Assembly: GCA_034780895.1 (NCBI GenBank)
Contig: JAUZTB010000068.1
Span: 21,974,019-22,037,496, forward strand
Length of the DNA: 63,478 bases
Source of the DNA: Rhynchobatus australiae
Lineage: Eukaryota
Direction of reading: 5' to 3'
Shown here: positions 1 to 12,200 of the stretch, piece by piece
Layout: every line of letters begins with the position of its first letter
How positions within the stretch are numbered: position 1 is the first letter of the stretch
Notes under the pieces: generated by a model
What the model saw: only the letters and a program-made list of their open reading frames with translations
Told to the model about the DNA's origin: nothing
Database searches by the model: none
Made by a program: the position numbers and the translations under genes

Positions 1-129
1 TGCATTTAAATACACGTTATTGACTGCAGTAGTTTCCACTGCAGTTTTCAGTTTTAAATGGTCTTGAGTACATATCTATATTCCTGTTAGCTGTCACCAA
101 AATGATCCATATCACAAGTGCAATCTTTC

Positions 130-860
130 AGCAATGATGGCATCAATTACAAACTTCGTTGCCCTCTCCAGTGTGCCAACAGAGTCTGTGGGCATCTGAA
201 GAAATGAATGTTTGAAGATCAAGACCTCAAACCTGGCGCCAAGCTTCTGGTGACCCCCAGCAGTGATCCCTGCCTCCTGAATTCTTTGGAAACACTGACT
301 ACATCTAGCAGGCACCTCAATTCACTGAAGTGATACCATCAATATGAACTCCACAAAATCTGCAAATCCATTAGCAGAATAGGCAAACCATCGGCAGCAC
401 GTTCTCTCAGACCAACCTGCCCAGCACTGAGATTCTAATTGTATTCAGCCAGCTCCGATGGTGAGCCACATTGTTTGCATGGCTGGCACCAGACTTCAGA
501 AACAAACACACTTCTCTGAGCTCCACCAAGAGAACAGAGAAGATGCTTCAAGGATGTTTTAAAGCCTCCATGAAAAAATGTAATATGCTCACTGAATAAT
601 GCAGTTCCTGGCCTGTAACTAATCCAAATGGAGAAGATGCATTGAGGAAGGCAGTGAGCATCATGCCCTTTCATAGGGAGAACACAGAAGACCATCAAAA
701 ATAGTGGAAGGAGCCCTCCATTTCCCATGCTAACCACCCACCTGCTCTATCCACTTGCCCCACTGTGGCAGAGTCTAAAGATCCTACATATGGCTCATAG
801 GTCCCCTCAGAACCACATATGTGGATAGAAGAAAGTTATAGCTCAACTGCAAGGGAGTAC
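130..860 (+). mobile_element. Degenerate RTE-clade LINE 3' fragment
   Basis: Decayed 3' end with remnants of the C-terminal zinc-finger region (tgccccactgtggcagagtc...ctcagaaccac). Similar to 52700-53030. Boundaries approximate; recognised from memory. Confidence 0.5.
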
Positions 861-1849
861 TTACCAAAAATCCCATTGAACATCAANNNNNNNNNNNNNN
901 NNNNNNNNNNNNNNNNGATGCTCATGTCTGGCCCTTGAGTGAAGTAAATGTTACTTAGCAGATACTAACCAAAGCCTGGATGTTTTCAGGTTGTGCTACA
1001 CTATTTTGTTGGCTGAGGAATTTGAAAAAGAACCAAACATCGTGCATCATTAATGAAAAATCCCACATCCAACTTTCTAACAAATGCAAAGTTATTGATG
1101 TAGCAACAGAAGATATTTGAGTCTAAGATTTCCTGGAGCAATAGGCCCCATCATCATCCTTTAAATAAGGATAACACAAGCCATGGGAAAGTTAACTAGC
1201 TCCATTGATGGCACCTTCAATCAACTGTTGACCCAAAGACATGCATGTCCCATATGGAATTCAGATCTTGTGTTTGTGTTCAGGTCAAAGCTGTATTGGG
1301 AGCTAGACAAAAGTAGTTCCATGAATTGAAAACTAAAGAGCATAATCCACTCAACACTTCTTATTAAAGGTGCTTAGCAAAATATCTGTCTACTTTTGTA
1401 CAGTTAAAGGCAGACCATGAATGGTAATGAGTGTTCATTGATACCCACCTTCCTTGTTGCTTAATTATCAACAGCCATTTCTGACTGCATTTGACAGGAT
1501 TTCAAACTTTGACAATCTTTTAGTTGTGGGACCACTTCCATTGCAGGTTTCCTGTACAATTTGGCATACGTGTAGTTCAGTGTTGAGACATGACTCCTAA
1601 ATGTCAAGTTGATCTATTGCAGTTCCTATTATGATCTTCTGACTTCTCATTCAACCAGAGTTGGTCATTTGGCATGATTTCATTTGAAGAATGATAAATT
1701 TGGTCACAAGGTTGGATTCATCACTGGCTAATTGGGTGGTAATTTAAGTGGGACTATATCTGCTGGACAGTTCTCTCAACTTTGACTTAAGTCTTTAGAT
1801 GTTAATGAGGGGCGTGTTACAGGATTGACAACCCTGGATTCACAATTTT

Positions 1850-2200
1850 AAGAGAAAGAGACCAAAACTGTACACAATGCTCCAGGTATGGTGTCACCAA
1901 GGCCCTCAATAATTGCAGTNNNNNNNNNNNNNNNNNNNNNNNNNNNNNNNNNNNNNNNNNNNNNNNNNNNNNNNNNNNNNNNNNNNNNNNNNNNNNNNNN
2001 NNNNNNNNNNNNNNNNNNNCCCTAATGTATCTGCCTCCACCACCTCTGTCAGCAGTGTGTTCCACGCACCCACCACTTTGTGTAAAAGATACATACCTCT
2101 GGCATCCCCCTTATACCTTCCTCCAATCACCTTAAAATTATGTCCCCTCGTGTGAGCTATTTTCACTCTGGGAAAAAGTCTCTGACTGCCCACTTAATCT
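1850..2200 (-). mobile_element. CR1-like LINE ORF2 3' fragment
   Basis: Minus ORFs read QRLFPRVKIAHTRGHNFKVIGGRYKGDARG...VVGAWNTL and LVTPYLEHCVQFWS, typical CR1 ORF2 C-terminal motifs. Interrupted by a 100-N gap. Confidence 0.85.
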
Positions 2201-2484
2201 GTGAAGTTAAGTGTCAACTATGTTGATGTACTACTGGAGGCATGAACAAGTCAAATTGTGCAGAGATGGCTGGTTTCTTTTCTGAAAACCTACAGGTCCT
2301 TCCCCCAATCTCAACAACTGGGGGCTAGGGGTTGAACCAAGTAGAGTTGGGAGCACTGAACTGACTTACTCGCTCACTCACAGAGTCAGTGAAGACAGCT
2401 GGTGGTTGTTCTTCCCTCACCAGCTTGCTCTCCTGTCACAGCTGTTTCTGCGGTCCTCTCTCACGCGTGGTTTTTGTTCATTTC

Positions 2485-2541
2485 CGACTTACAAACAGTT
2501 CCCAGTTATGGAACCCTGTCATAACCCAGGGACTGCCTGTA
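2485..2541. repeat. End of a putative TA-flanked DNA transposon/MITE (Tc1-mariner/Tigger-like)
   Basis: The 20-mer TAACCCAGGGACTGCCTGTA at 2522-2541 recurs exactly at 14976-14995 with similar upstream sequence. It ends in CTGTA, like a TIR plus TA. Confidence 0.45.
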
Positions 2542-3435
2542 TTAGTTAAACAATGGGTAAAACAATCTGAATGGTTTTGTGATTATCTTTTAGTGCTGCT
2601 AGATTTTTATTTCCAGATTATTTTTAACTGGACTTGCCAACTGCTATGGTGGGACTTGAACTTGCATTTTCTAGTTTATTAGTTAAGTAACATAACACAA
2701 ACTGAGCATTCCTATTCGAAATCCTTTAGAGTCTATGTCTCCTTATCCACTAAATTATTTCAGTCATTGTCCACCCTTTGCATCAATGGACTTCCTCAAA
2801 TGCCACATAGTTTACTTGACTCGCAATGACTCTTTAAAACTTTGCTCTTTCAATTTCAACCCCCTTTTTGTGGAAAAGCGTGAAATAGGATGAGATTGTA
2901 TTTGGAAAGCAGAGNNNNNNNNNNNNNNNNNNNNNNNNNNNNNNNNNNNNNNNNNNNNNNNNNNNNNNNNNNNNNNNNNNNNNNNNNNNNNNNNNNNNNN
3001 NNNNNNNNNNNNNNGTCAGAATTTCTGATTTAGTTGTAGATTATCCATTACGTGCAACTGCTGGAGATATATAAAGCTATCTGGAACTAAGACAGAAACC
3101 ATTTTGTATCATAGATTCTCCTTGAGAGGGGATATTATGTGTTTACTGAAAAATGAGTCATGTATTTTGCATATTATGGTGAAGGGTTAGAACAGTGTAC
3201 ATCAGACTGATAGAGAAAAAAATAATGGAAATAGGATATCAAAACGGAAATCATAAAACACTGAAAACACCTGTGTTTATCTTTTTTTAACTTTTTCAGC
3301 AATAATACTCTAACCCCAACCCTGATTATCAAGATACTTATGGTGTGAAGCTTATGGAAGTGGAATTCTTTTGGTTATACACCAGCTCTTTCATATTAGG
3401 CTTTTGAAAAGCAAAATAAAAATGCAGACTCTGAA

Positions 3436-3651
3436 AATCTGAAATGAAAGCAGAAAATGCAGTAAGTACTCATTAGATTAGGCAGCATCTGTGAGGAAAG
3501 GTTTTAGGTAATTAGATTTTCATCAGAGTTGTAAGTTCTTTCATCAGCTCTGACAAAAGGTTGCTAGGTTGAAACATTAACTTTTTCTCTCTCTGCAGAT
3601 GCTGCCTGACCTGTTGAGTATTTACAGCATTTTCAGTTTTTATTTCAAATT
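3436..3651. repeat. Inverted-repeat (hairpin) element, Penelope-associated terminal repeat family
   Basis: Arm 3436-3495 (aatctgaaatgaaagcagaaaatgcag...ggcagcatctg) is the approximate reverse complement of 3590-3651. The same family recurs near 8500, 9200, 12660, 21990, 30780, 51390, 60000 and 63440. Confidence 0.7.
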
Positions 3652-5769
3652 AGACTTAGACAAGTGATCATCAGACTGAGCTCTTGGAAAAAAACCACTG
3701 CAACACCCAATATGTCAGTAAAGCTATAATTCAACTTGATAATTTGCCTGTGGATTTCATGCATTTTGTATAGACCTTGAGTGAGCATAATCCCAGACCA
3801 TTGGACTTCCCTTCAACATCCAGTCTCAAAATATAATTTAGTAAGGGAATTAAATAATTAGCCAAAACCTATAGTGATAGCCTTTGTATCATTTGAAATA
3901 TATTTGTATCATTTGAAAGTGAGGAACTACATTGTCAAAAATTTAAAGTTACTCAAAGAAATAGGTTTCCTATGTTTCACCGAACACTTCCATTGTTAAA
4001 ACACAGATCCACTGAAGACTTTAAAATTTCTCTTATATCTGCAAACCCTTGTCTTATTCTGTCTCAACTCTGTCACACTTCTGTTCTTTGTTGACTGCAG
4101 CCGAAGCATTAGGGCCAATGTGTTTCTGGACATCTTTCCTTGTTCCTGTGAAACTCTGAGTATAGTCAGGCACTAATTTCTTTCTCGTTATATCCCACTG
4201 CGGTCAAAAGAAGACTTATTTTACTGCTCTTTTCCTGTTTATTCTGGACCTCAAGATTCGTCAACCCCGTCAGGTTTTTCATTCACCTTACAACACTCCC
4301 TCCATCCATATTTTTACCCCAAACAACATATCATCTAAGCAACATTTCTTCTTTTGTTGTTAATCAAATGCAAAAGATCACGAGTTTGTCTCAATTTGAT
4401 AGCTAACATCTATATATTAATAGTCTATTAATTTGCTTGTTGACAAATCCTTCATGAAAAGAGTAGGTAAAATATTTTTGGAGGAGATCAATACAATAAT
4501 TCACAAACAGCACTTTATAACACATACATACCACCCTTTTTTATGTTTATTTTCTGTTTAAGTGGAATGTTGCACAATTAACTATTTATTTTGTGCTACT
4601 GATTTACCTATTAATCATTATCACTGGTATTTCTTATTTAATATTCAATATTTCTGTATGAATTGTTTTCTCACTGGAAAACAAGATCCAAAAATGTTTA
4701 GGATGGAAGCTGTATGCCTGTATTAGTTATATAAAAATTATTGTAAATATTGTTTCCAAGCAAGCTGATTGGTGTTTGAGATTTTAACCACATAAATTAG
4801 GTTCTGTTTCACTCAAATTCCTGAGGGTAGGGTGACTTCAACAAATGTTATTTCGATTTGTAAAACACAGGTAACCTTAATTTTTCTGAATAATATTATA
4901 CGTTTTTTTCATTCCATTAATATATCCATATCTGATCAGTACTAGCGTATCTAAAAGTTATTACATATTTGACTAATGGACTGATGGTGGATTATTATGT
5001 TGTATTATCCAGCGCCATCTATGGAGGGAATTAAAAAAATACAAAAATGTCACAAAAAATCTGCCCTGAAATTGACTAGTGCAGAGTAATATTATTATAG
5101 AGCCTAGAAAAGGGTAATTCATTTGGTGGTTTTAGATGAAAATAACCCAGGCAATGCACCAAAGCAACGTTACATCTGTGTCTGCTTCAATTGTGCTGGT
5201 AAGAATGTCTTGGCATTCCAGGGGCCAACAGAGAGGTAGAAACAAATGGTGGCGGCTGAGAATTGTGTGCAGCAAGAGGGAAATAACAAAACCAATAACT
5301 ACTGCAGCAAGGAAGCTGTGATTGAAAACTGTGCATGAGCTCCCTTGCCTTAATAGATTCTAATCTGACAATCCCTTCAACATTAAGTCTTTCTACCACT
5401 TCTTGAATACAGTACTGTCTGTTACAAGTGTCACTGATATTACAAAAATATTACGATATCAACATAACCATTTTAAAATTGACATAAAATTCTTACCAAC
5501 AAGATATGTTAAGAGTTTTGCATGAGCTGCATCCTTGTGATTTTACTTTTCCTGATGCTTATTCTAAATTAGTTCTAAATGGTACTGAAGGGCCAGAAAT
5601 CCGAAACGTTATTGATCTCTGAAAAATATTGCAGGTCCCTTGGGACAGAAGTGCTGTTGCACTCCACTAAGTTCTGGATAACGAAACAGCAATGCAAATA
5701 ATTTTGCTGCCTTAATATGTATTCTACAAATTTCTGAACACATTGGATTGTCAAATTAGTGATTTAATT

Positions 5770-5787
5770 GTGTTCTCTCTATTTTAG
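5770..5787 (+). other. Splice acceptor opening the receptor coding exon
   Basis: Polypyrimidine tract and TAG (gttctctctattttag|G) 147 nt upstream of the ATG. This matches the CNR layout of non-coding 5' exon(s) followed by one coding exon. Confidence 0.6.
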
Positions 5788-5934
5788 GTATAAAGTGGAG
5801 AACTGGTGCTGAAGAGCTGAACACTGAAAATTCCATGTTTAAAATCATCTTTTGAAGTCCTCAGTCTGATTAAACCAACTTTAGAAGCACCAAGGAATTC
5901 TGAAGGATAGAACTTAAATATTCCACTTGTAAAA

Positions 5935-6483
5935 ATGAATGGAAATGATTCAACTCCAAATTCCAACTCCAACTCAACTGCAAATTCACTCATTTCTTAC
6001 ACTACAGTCAGACCTGATGAAATAGTTTGTATCCGTATGTTATTGCCTATCGAACACTTCCTAATCCTTACAGAAAGCCAAAAGAAAATTATTGCTGCAT
6101 TGTGTTTGACAGTGGGGCCTTTTACTGTTTTGGAAAACTTCTTCATTTTATGTGTGATACTCTTTACTCCACAGCTTCGAAGTCGACCCTCTTATTTATT
6201 TATTGCCAGCCTTGCAACTGCCGACCTCACGGCAAGTGCTGTATTTGTTTACAGTTTTGTTGGCTTCCATGTTTTTGAGAACAAGGACAATAAGCACATC
6301 TTTCTGTTTAAACTGGGATGTGTCATTGCATCATTCTCAGCTTCAGTGGTCAGTTTGCTGTTCACTGCCATTGACAGGTACATATGCATTCACAGGCCTT
6401 CTGAATACAGGGCAATTATAACAAGGAGGAAAGCAGTGAACTGCATTTTAGTTATGTGGTTAATTGTTATTATTATTGGTTTA
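5935..6483 (+). CDS. cnr2: Cannabinoid receptor, most likely CB2; segment 1 (N-terminus to TM4)
   Basis: Motifs LEN (TM1), LRSRPSYLFIASLATAD (TM2), FHVF, FKLG (K3.28), AIDRY and TM4 Trp. The short N-terminus with two sequons (NDS, NST) and PSYLFI favour CB2 over CB1. Homology stops at IIIGL; the ORF tail KKQKKLKLY is read-through. Confidence 0.9.
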
Positions 6484-6774
6484 AAAAAACAGAAAAAACT
6501 TAAGCTTTATTAATAGATCACATAAATTGAGGCTGGAGGTCATGTTAATATTTTCTAATAATTCAGAATGTTACTTCTCAAGACCGCTGAACAGGACAGA
6601 TACTTGAGTGGCACCTGTCCTGATGATGGAATCAACCTTAATTACTCAGGGAAAATCCAAGCTTTGAGTCTGTGAATGGCCAATAAAATATCAATGTAAG
6701 ATATAACTATGACATAGGGGCAGGTTTTGCATTTTCAAAGCCATCCTTTAAAAGAACAAATTAACTTAAATTAA

Positions 6775-6943
6775 ATTGGTTGTTGCATGTTCTGAGGCAC
6801 AGTGAAAAACTTTGTTTTGCATACCATCCATACAGATCATTTCATCACATTGGTGCATTGAGGTAGTACAAGGGAAATCAATAACTGAATGCAGAATATA
6901 GTGTAACAGTTACAGAGAAAGTGCACTGCAGCCAGACAATAAG
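6775..6943. repeat. Interspersed repeat fragment inside the receptor interruption
   Basis: ctgaggcacagtgaaaaactttgttttgcatac closely matches ctgaggtacagtgaaaaacttgtcttgcatac near 15662-15693. Confidence 0.7.
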
Positions 6944-7045
6944 NNNNNNNNNNNNNNNNNNNNNNNNNNNNNNNNNNNNNNNNNNNNNNNNNNNNNNNNN
7001 NNNNNNNNNNNNNNNNNNNNNNNNNNNNNNNNNNNNNNNNNNNTA

Positions 7046-7545
7046 CTTCCTTTGATGGGATGGAATTGCTGTGAGTCACATAATCACTGTTCCGAGCTAT
7101 TTCCTTTCGTTGATGAAGCCTATTTAATTTGCTGGATAATGCTTATAACTTGTCTGTTAGTTTTAATAATTCATGCCTATATACATATTCTATGGAAGGC
7201 CCATTTTCATTCAGTCTACATGGAGAAACAGAAAGAAGGAAGGAAAGGTCAAGTAAAATTAGGACACAAACGTATGGACATTAAACTTGCCAAAACGCTA
7301 GGCCTAATACTAATCATTTTGATTACATTTTGGTCTCCAGCCTTGGCTCTAATGACATATGATGTATTTGCCAAAGTAAGCAAAGATATCAAAAAGGTGT
7401 TTGCTTTTTGCAGCATGCTATGTTTGCTAAATTCTACCATGAATCCAATTGTTTATGCGCTAAGGAGCAAAGATATGCGCCGTTCCATAGTAAACATATT
7501 GTCTGGGTGCAAGAAGCATAAGTCATCTCTGGAGAGCAGTATGGA
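7046..7545 (+). CDS. cnr2: Cannabinoid receptor CB2, segment 2 (end of TM4 to C-tail)
   Basis: LPLMGWNCC...CSELFP, ILWKAH, RMDIKLAKTLGLIL, KKVFAFCSMLCLLNS, NPIVYALRS. LPLMGWxCC, SELFP, KTLGL and KKxFAF are CB2-type. Confidence 0.92.
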
Positions 7546-7660
7546 NNNNNNNNNNNNNNNNNNNNNNNNNNNNNNNNNNNNNNNNNNNNNNNNNNNNNNN
7601 NNNNNNNNNNNNNNNNNNNNNNNNNNNNNNNNNNNNNNNNNNNNNGGAGAGCAGTATGGA

Positions 7661-7766
7661 GTCTGATGGACAGATCAAAAGCCAAATTATGAATGTTTGT
7701 TCATCAAGTGATAAATATAGCCCTGTCACTTCAGAAAATAGTACCTCACTCACCATGCCTGTGTGA
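7661..7766 (+). CDS. cnr2: Cannabinoid receptor CB2, segment 3 (C-terminus and stop)
   Basis: The 15-mer GGAGAGCAGTATGGA sits on both sides of the gap 7546-7645. Collapsing it gives ...LESSMESDGQIKSQIMNVCSSSDKYSPVTSENSTSLTMPV* (TGA 7764-7766). ESDGQI resembles EADGKI of human CB2. Confidence 0.8.
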
Positions 7767-8187
7767 AATATTTGAATGCTTGAACAACATACTTTCAGAA
7801 TAACAATTTACTTTATGCAAAGACGAAGAGCAGTCTAGCTGATGGTACTTATTCCGATCCACATGACTGGGGACTTCTTTCAAGTGAACACATTTTCAGG
7901 CATCAAGTGATCCCAATTCACCCACTGATGGAATTTCTATGTACTGATACTTCAGAGATGTTACAGAATTTAAGAATCACATTTGCCAACTCTTCTGTCG
8001 GAAAATATTAGTATGTATTCCTGACTTTGGTGTCAATTTCATCAGCATTTCAAAATGTTAACAGCCCCTTTACACATTCACTATCAAATAGCACTGTATA
8101 TGCATGACCATGTTTCATAAATTCTGCAATGGATTTTCAATATGTAGCACAATTTTAAAAACAAATACCTTTCTGTCGAGTTAGTGC

Positions 8188-8193
8188 AATAAA
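8188..8193 (+). terminator. Candidate polyadenylation signal for the receptor gene
   Basis: AATAAA ~420 nt after the stop. Further AATAAA hexamers occur downstream, so usage is uncertain. Confidence 0.35.
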
Positions 8194-8489
8194 CATCATG
8201 GCAAATTAATCTAAGAGGTAACATAGAATGAATTCAGAAATGGGAAACTTTATTAAAATTTCTCATTGGATCATAATCCCACATTGTAACCACTGATCTG
8301 TCTGCAAATGATAAATTCTCATCATGTTAAAACAAGTCTACTGAGCCAAACCAGAAGAGCTGAAGACAATGTGAACATTTTTTATTGATGTATTTTTGTA
8401 CATAGCCATAGCTTTGCTGTTTGGTCCAAGAATTGGTACAAACAAAAGTTCTGTTGAGTTTCACAATTTAGATTTAAAGATAATAAGAA

Positions 8490-9270
8490 CATAAAATGTT
8501 GGAAAGCAGGTCAGGCTATATCCACATAAAGAGAAACAGAGTTAACATTTCTGGTCAAAAGCCCTTCATCAGAACTGGGAATGAGAGAAAAACACGTTAG
8601 TTTTAACTTACAGGAAAGGAGGGAGAAGGGATGTATAGGATGAAGGGAACATCTGTAACAGGGTGAAGCTAGGGTTACCAAGGGGATACATTGTAGAATT
8701 CTTATGGTCATTGGGTTAACTGGAACAGTTAGAGGGTGCTAAAGCATACCAAGAAGTGTAAAATGTTCTGAGATGCAGGGCTATGAGATATGCCCAGAAG
8801 GTTAGTCTTTGCTTAATGGAAAGAGAAAAACTGAGCCAGAATCACAGATGGATGACTTACAGGAGAAACGACCAGTTCTGATACAGACAGGGAAAGCAAG
8901 TTAGCATAAGTCGTAGAATTTGAAATGGAGTTCTGAAGGCTGCATCATGCCCAGACAGAAGATTTTGCAACAATCTATGCATCTTTGTTTGTATTACTGT
9001 TCTCTAACTACCCCGTTAACCCACTGACTGAAGGACCTCTGCAGCTTATCCCCCTGGTAACCTTGGCCTCACCTTATCACTGATGTTCACTTTGTCCTAT
9101 TCAATCCTCCCTTCACCTTCTCTACAACTTAAAACTTTTTCTTTTTTTTTCAGTTCTGATGACAGGACTTTGAGCAGAAATGTTAACTCTGTTTCTCTTT
9201 TCACATGTGCTGCCTAACCTGCTGAGTATATACAACATTTTCTGGATTTCCAGTAGTTGCATTTTACATT
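8490..9270. mobile_element. Non-autonomous Penelope-like relic with inverted ends
   Basis: Left end (agagaaacagagttaacattt...catcagaactg) and right end (cagttctgatg...aaatgttaactctgtttctct) are reverse complements. There is a second inverted pair (gggttaccaaggggata / tatcccctggtaaccttg) inside. Confidence 0.6.
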
Positions 9271-12200
9271 TAAAGATCCTTGCTTTAACCTATGGATTGC
9301 TGTATATTCCTGATCTATTACTTAAGTTTTTTGCTAGCTGTGATAATATATTTATGATGGAGTGTCCAGTCTCCTGTGATAACTAACCAAATAAAATGAA
9401 CATTTGGTAAATCGAGTCATTACTGATAATTGGACCTTGTTCAACTTTTACTGAGGTTGATGATAAGAAATAGCAGCTTCTTTCACATTATTGGTTATCT
9501 GCATGCATTATCAAANNNNNNNNNNNNNNNNNNNNNNNNNNNNNNNNNNNNNNNNNNNNNNNNNNNNNNNNNNNNNNNNNNNNNNNNNNNNNNNNNNNNN
9601 NNNNNNNNNNNNNNNTGCATGCATTATCAAAGGAAACAATGAAACCAGAATGAGATATTTATTTATATAATTATGGATTGCTTAAAAAATTCCATTTTGT
9701 GTATATTCCATAACATAGACAGAAAAATTGTTTAAGTAAATTATATTATGAACTCAAGTGTGCATCATTTTGTTTGGATGACAATTGGAATTGCAGCCAT
9801 GCTCTGTACAATGATTTTTTTTCAAAGGAAATCAACTAATGATATTCATTAAACTGAAATGGTACAACTGAATAGTACAACATGGGATTTTGTTTACAGT
9901 ATTCTGTAGCACCAGTTTGTAATCTTGGCTACAACATTTTAAACTGTGGAATAGAAATGCACCTTTGGCAACAGCACAGAATGCAAAATATTGCAGTGGC
10001 AGAATCTGACCTTGATGGACTTGGGCTAGAGTGGTGCAATACATGATTAATGTTCCTGCTCACAACAAATTCCTTGGATTTTTCTTGACAAAAGCAATTG
10101 CAATCAAGAGTTTCCTTGAGAAAACTATATGGCCTGTTTGACATAAATTTGAGCTTTCTTTGTATTGGAAACCCACTCTGAAACATTTCCTTGATCATTT
10201 GAGAAATTTGAGTGTTTTAGGCACAGAATATATTCATTATCTGCCACAGTAATTGGATGACAACCATATGTTGAAACCTAGAATGCAGTGATCAAAAGCA
10301 AGCAATCCTGGTAAAAATGATTGTCATTAGGAAACTGACATAACTTTATGGAAACAGATAAGTAAAAGAGCTTTAATTATTAGACACTAAAATAACTGGG
10401 TCACATGACCTCCCTGATCCCCATCCTCTCCTATCCTGATGCCGTGACAACACACCAGTCCAGTATATCAACAGGTTCATCCATAGCAGCACAGCACAGA
10501 GCTATTATACAGACTTTAGAAAAAGTTCACACTGGCATGACTCTCCTGGAATATTTAAATAAACTTTCTATAAGGGTGAATACATTACTGGCAGATATAA
10601 TGACAATGTTCCACCTTTGGCATCATTTCACAGTCACAAACACAGCAAAGTGACATGCAGATTACTCCACAAAGACAATAAATGTGTTCTAAGACTTTTA
10701 TTAGAATTTGTAATTGGTCAGCGCTGCAATATTGAAATTATATTATATAACCCCAAACAGAGAAGGAAGTCATTCACCCCATCCACTCTATCCTGACTCC
10801 CTGAAGACCAACATATTCAGTTCCATTACTGTGTTCTTTCATCGGTGCCCGCAAACTATGCTCCTTCTAATGTGCATTCTAATACCTTTTGAAAGCACTG
10901 ATTGGCTCTCTTTCCACTGCACTTACAGGCTGGGAGTCCCAGGTCATCACTTCTGTATCTTTTGCTCTTCGTGTTAAAATTGTGACCCCTTATCCTTACT
11001 CTAACATTTTCTCTCTATTGACCCTATGCAGCTCCATCATGATTTTGTGCATCTCTATCAAAGCTCCTCTCAGCCTCCTTTGCCCAAAGAAACACTTCTG
11101 CAGCCTCATCTTGGAGCTGAAACCACTTGCCCCTGGTGTCATTCTAGTACAATAATTAAAACTCTTAAATTCTTTATTTAGTTCAGAGGAATTCGGTCAA
11201 AGTGTTCTTCATGTCGTAACCTACAGAAAGCCCCTAATTAGTAAATAATTTGGAAATAAGATATAACAAAAAATATTATTAAAATATAAATCACAATGAT
11301 ATCTATTATAAAATTAGTATACTGTAATTATAGACTTCAGATTTATTCAGCTAGAGATTGGTCACAATAAAAATATTAAAGAGAAATATGTTTATGTGCT
11401 AACATGCTTCACAAGACACTCTATAAAATGGATTAGTGCACATTAAACAGGTTGTTGATCAGACTTTTTTCTTAGTTAATCACTTGTTAAGCAGAATCAA
11501 AATGTGAAATAAAATATTTTAACAGGGTTCTAGAAGTTTACAAAGCCGACAGCAGACTGTTGCTAAGGAGGTGTAAAGCTGTAGGAAAACCTTTTGAGAC
11601 TTGCTCTTGCAAAGGGGGGCATTTTAATCTCCTCCTAACAATTGCTTTGACAAAGAGAGGAAGGGTGGTTAAATTGTTGAAATTGAGAAAGCTTTAACAA
11701 TTTTGAATGTAACCAGCAATGACCATATCTACTTCAGGTTTAAACATTAACGTTTTGGGTTTGGCCAAGATAATTTTTCTGGGATATTAAAATAATACTT
11801 AGAATAATTACAATATTTAAAGTTGTCATCAGTTTGGAACTAGTAGCTGAGAGTCCAGGACTTAAGAAAGGCAGTTCAAGGTAGAGGTAAACTGTAGGAA
11901 CGCAAAAATAGACCTTTCCTGTAATACTGGTGGGCCAAAGGGAGTAGCAACGTTTCCACCAGGCTTCCAAGCAAATCTGCCTCAATCCGATTCCTTCTGT
12001 TTGGACTCTGCATCCAACAATGACCATGCCCAACCTGATACTGATCCCTTCCTTCCTTCTTTCTTCTCTCTCCTCCACCTCAATCTTCTTGATTGCTGAG
12101 AATCATTTTTGGTGATTCCTGGCTTCTGCCTTGAACTAACGGCTTTGCTGGCCATCAGGCAACAGGCTTTCCCATTGGCTGGTTGCCAGGTGGGAAACAG

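Noticed and set aside
5009-5027. CTCF-like site (minus strand TAGATGGCGCTG) upstream of the receptor exon
   Set aside because: Only the 3' core fits and the 5' CCAS part mismatches. Not supportable without ChIP or conservation data.
6484-6513. KKQKKLKLY* ending of ORF 5935-6513 as a genuine 4-TM receptor isoform
   Set aside because: It is read-through into the A-rich interrupting sequence. The remaining TM4-TM7 coding is intact downstream.
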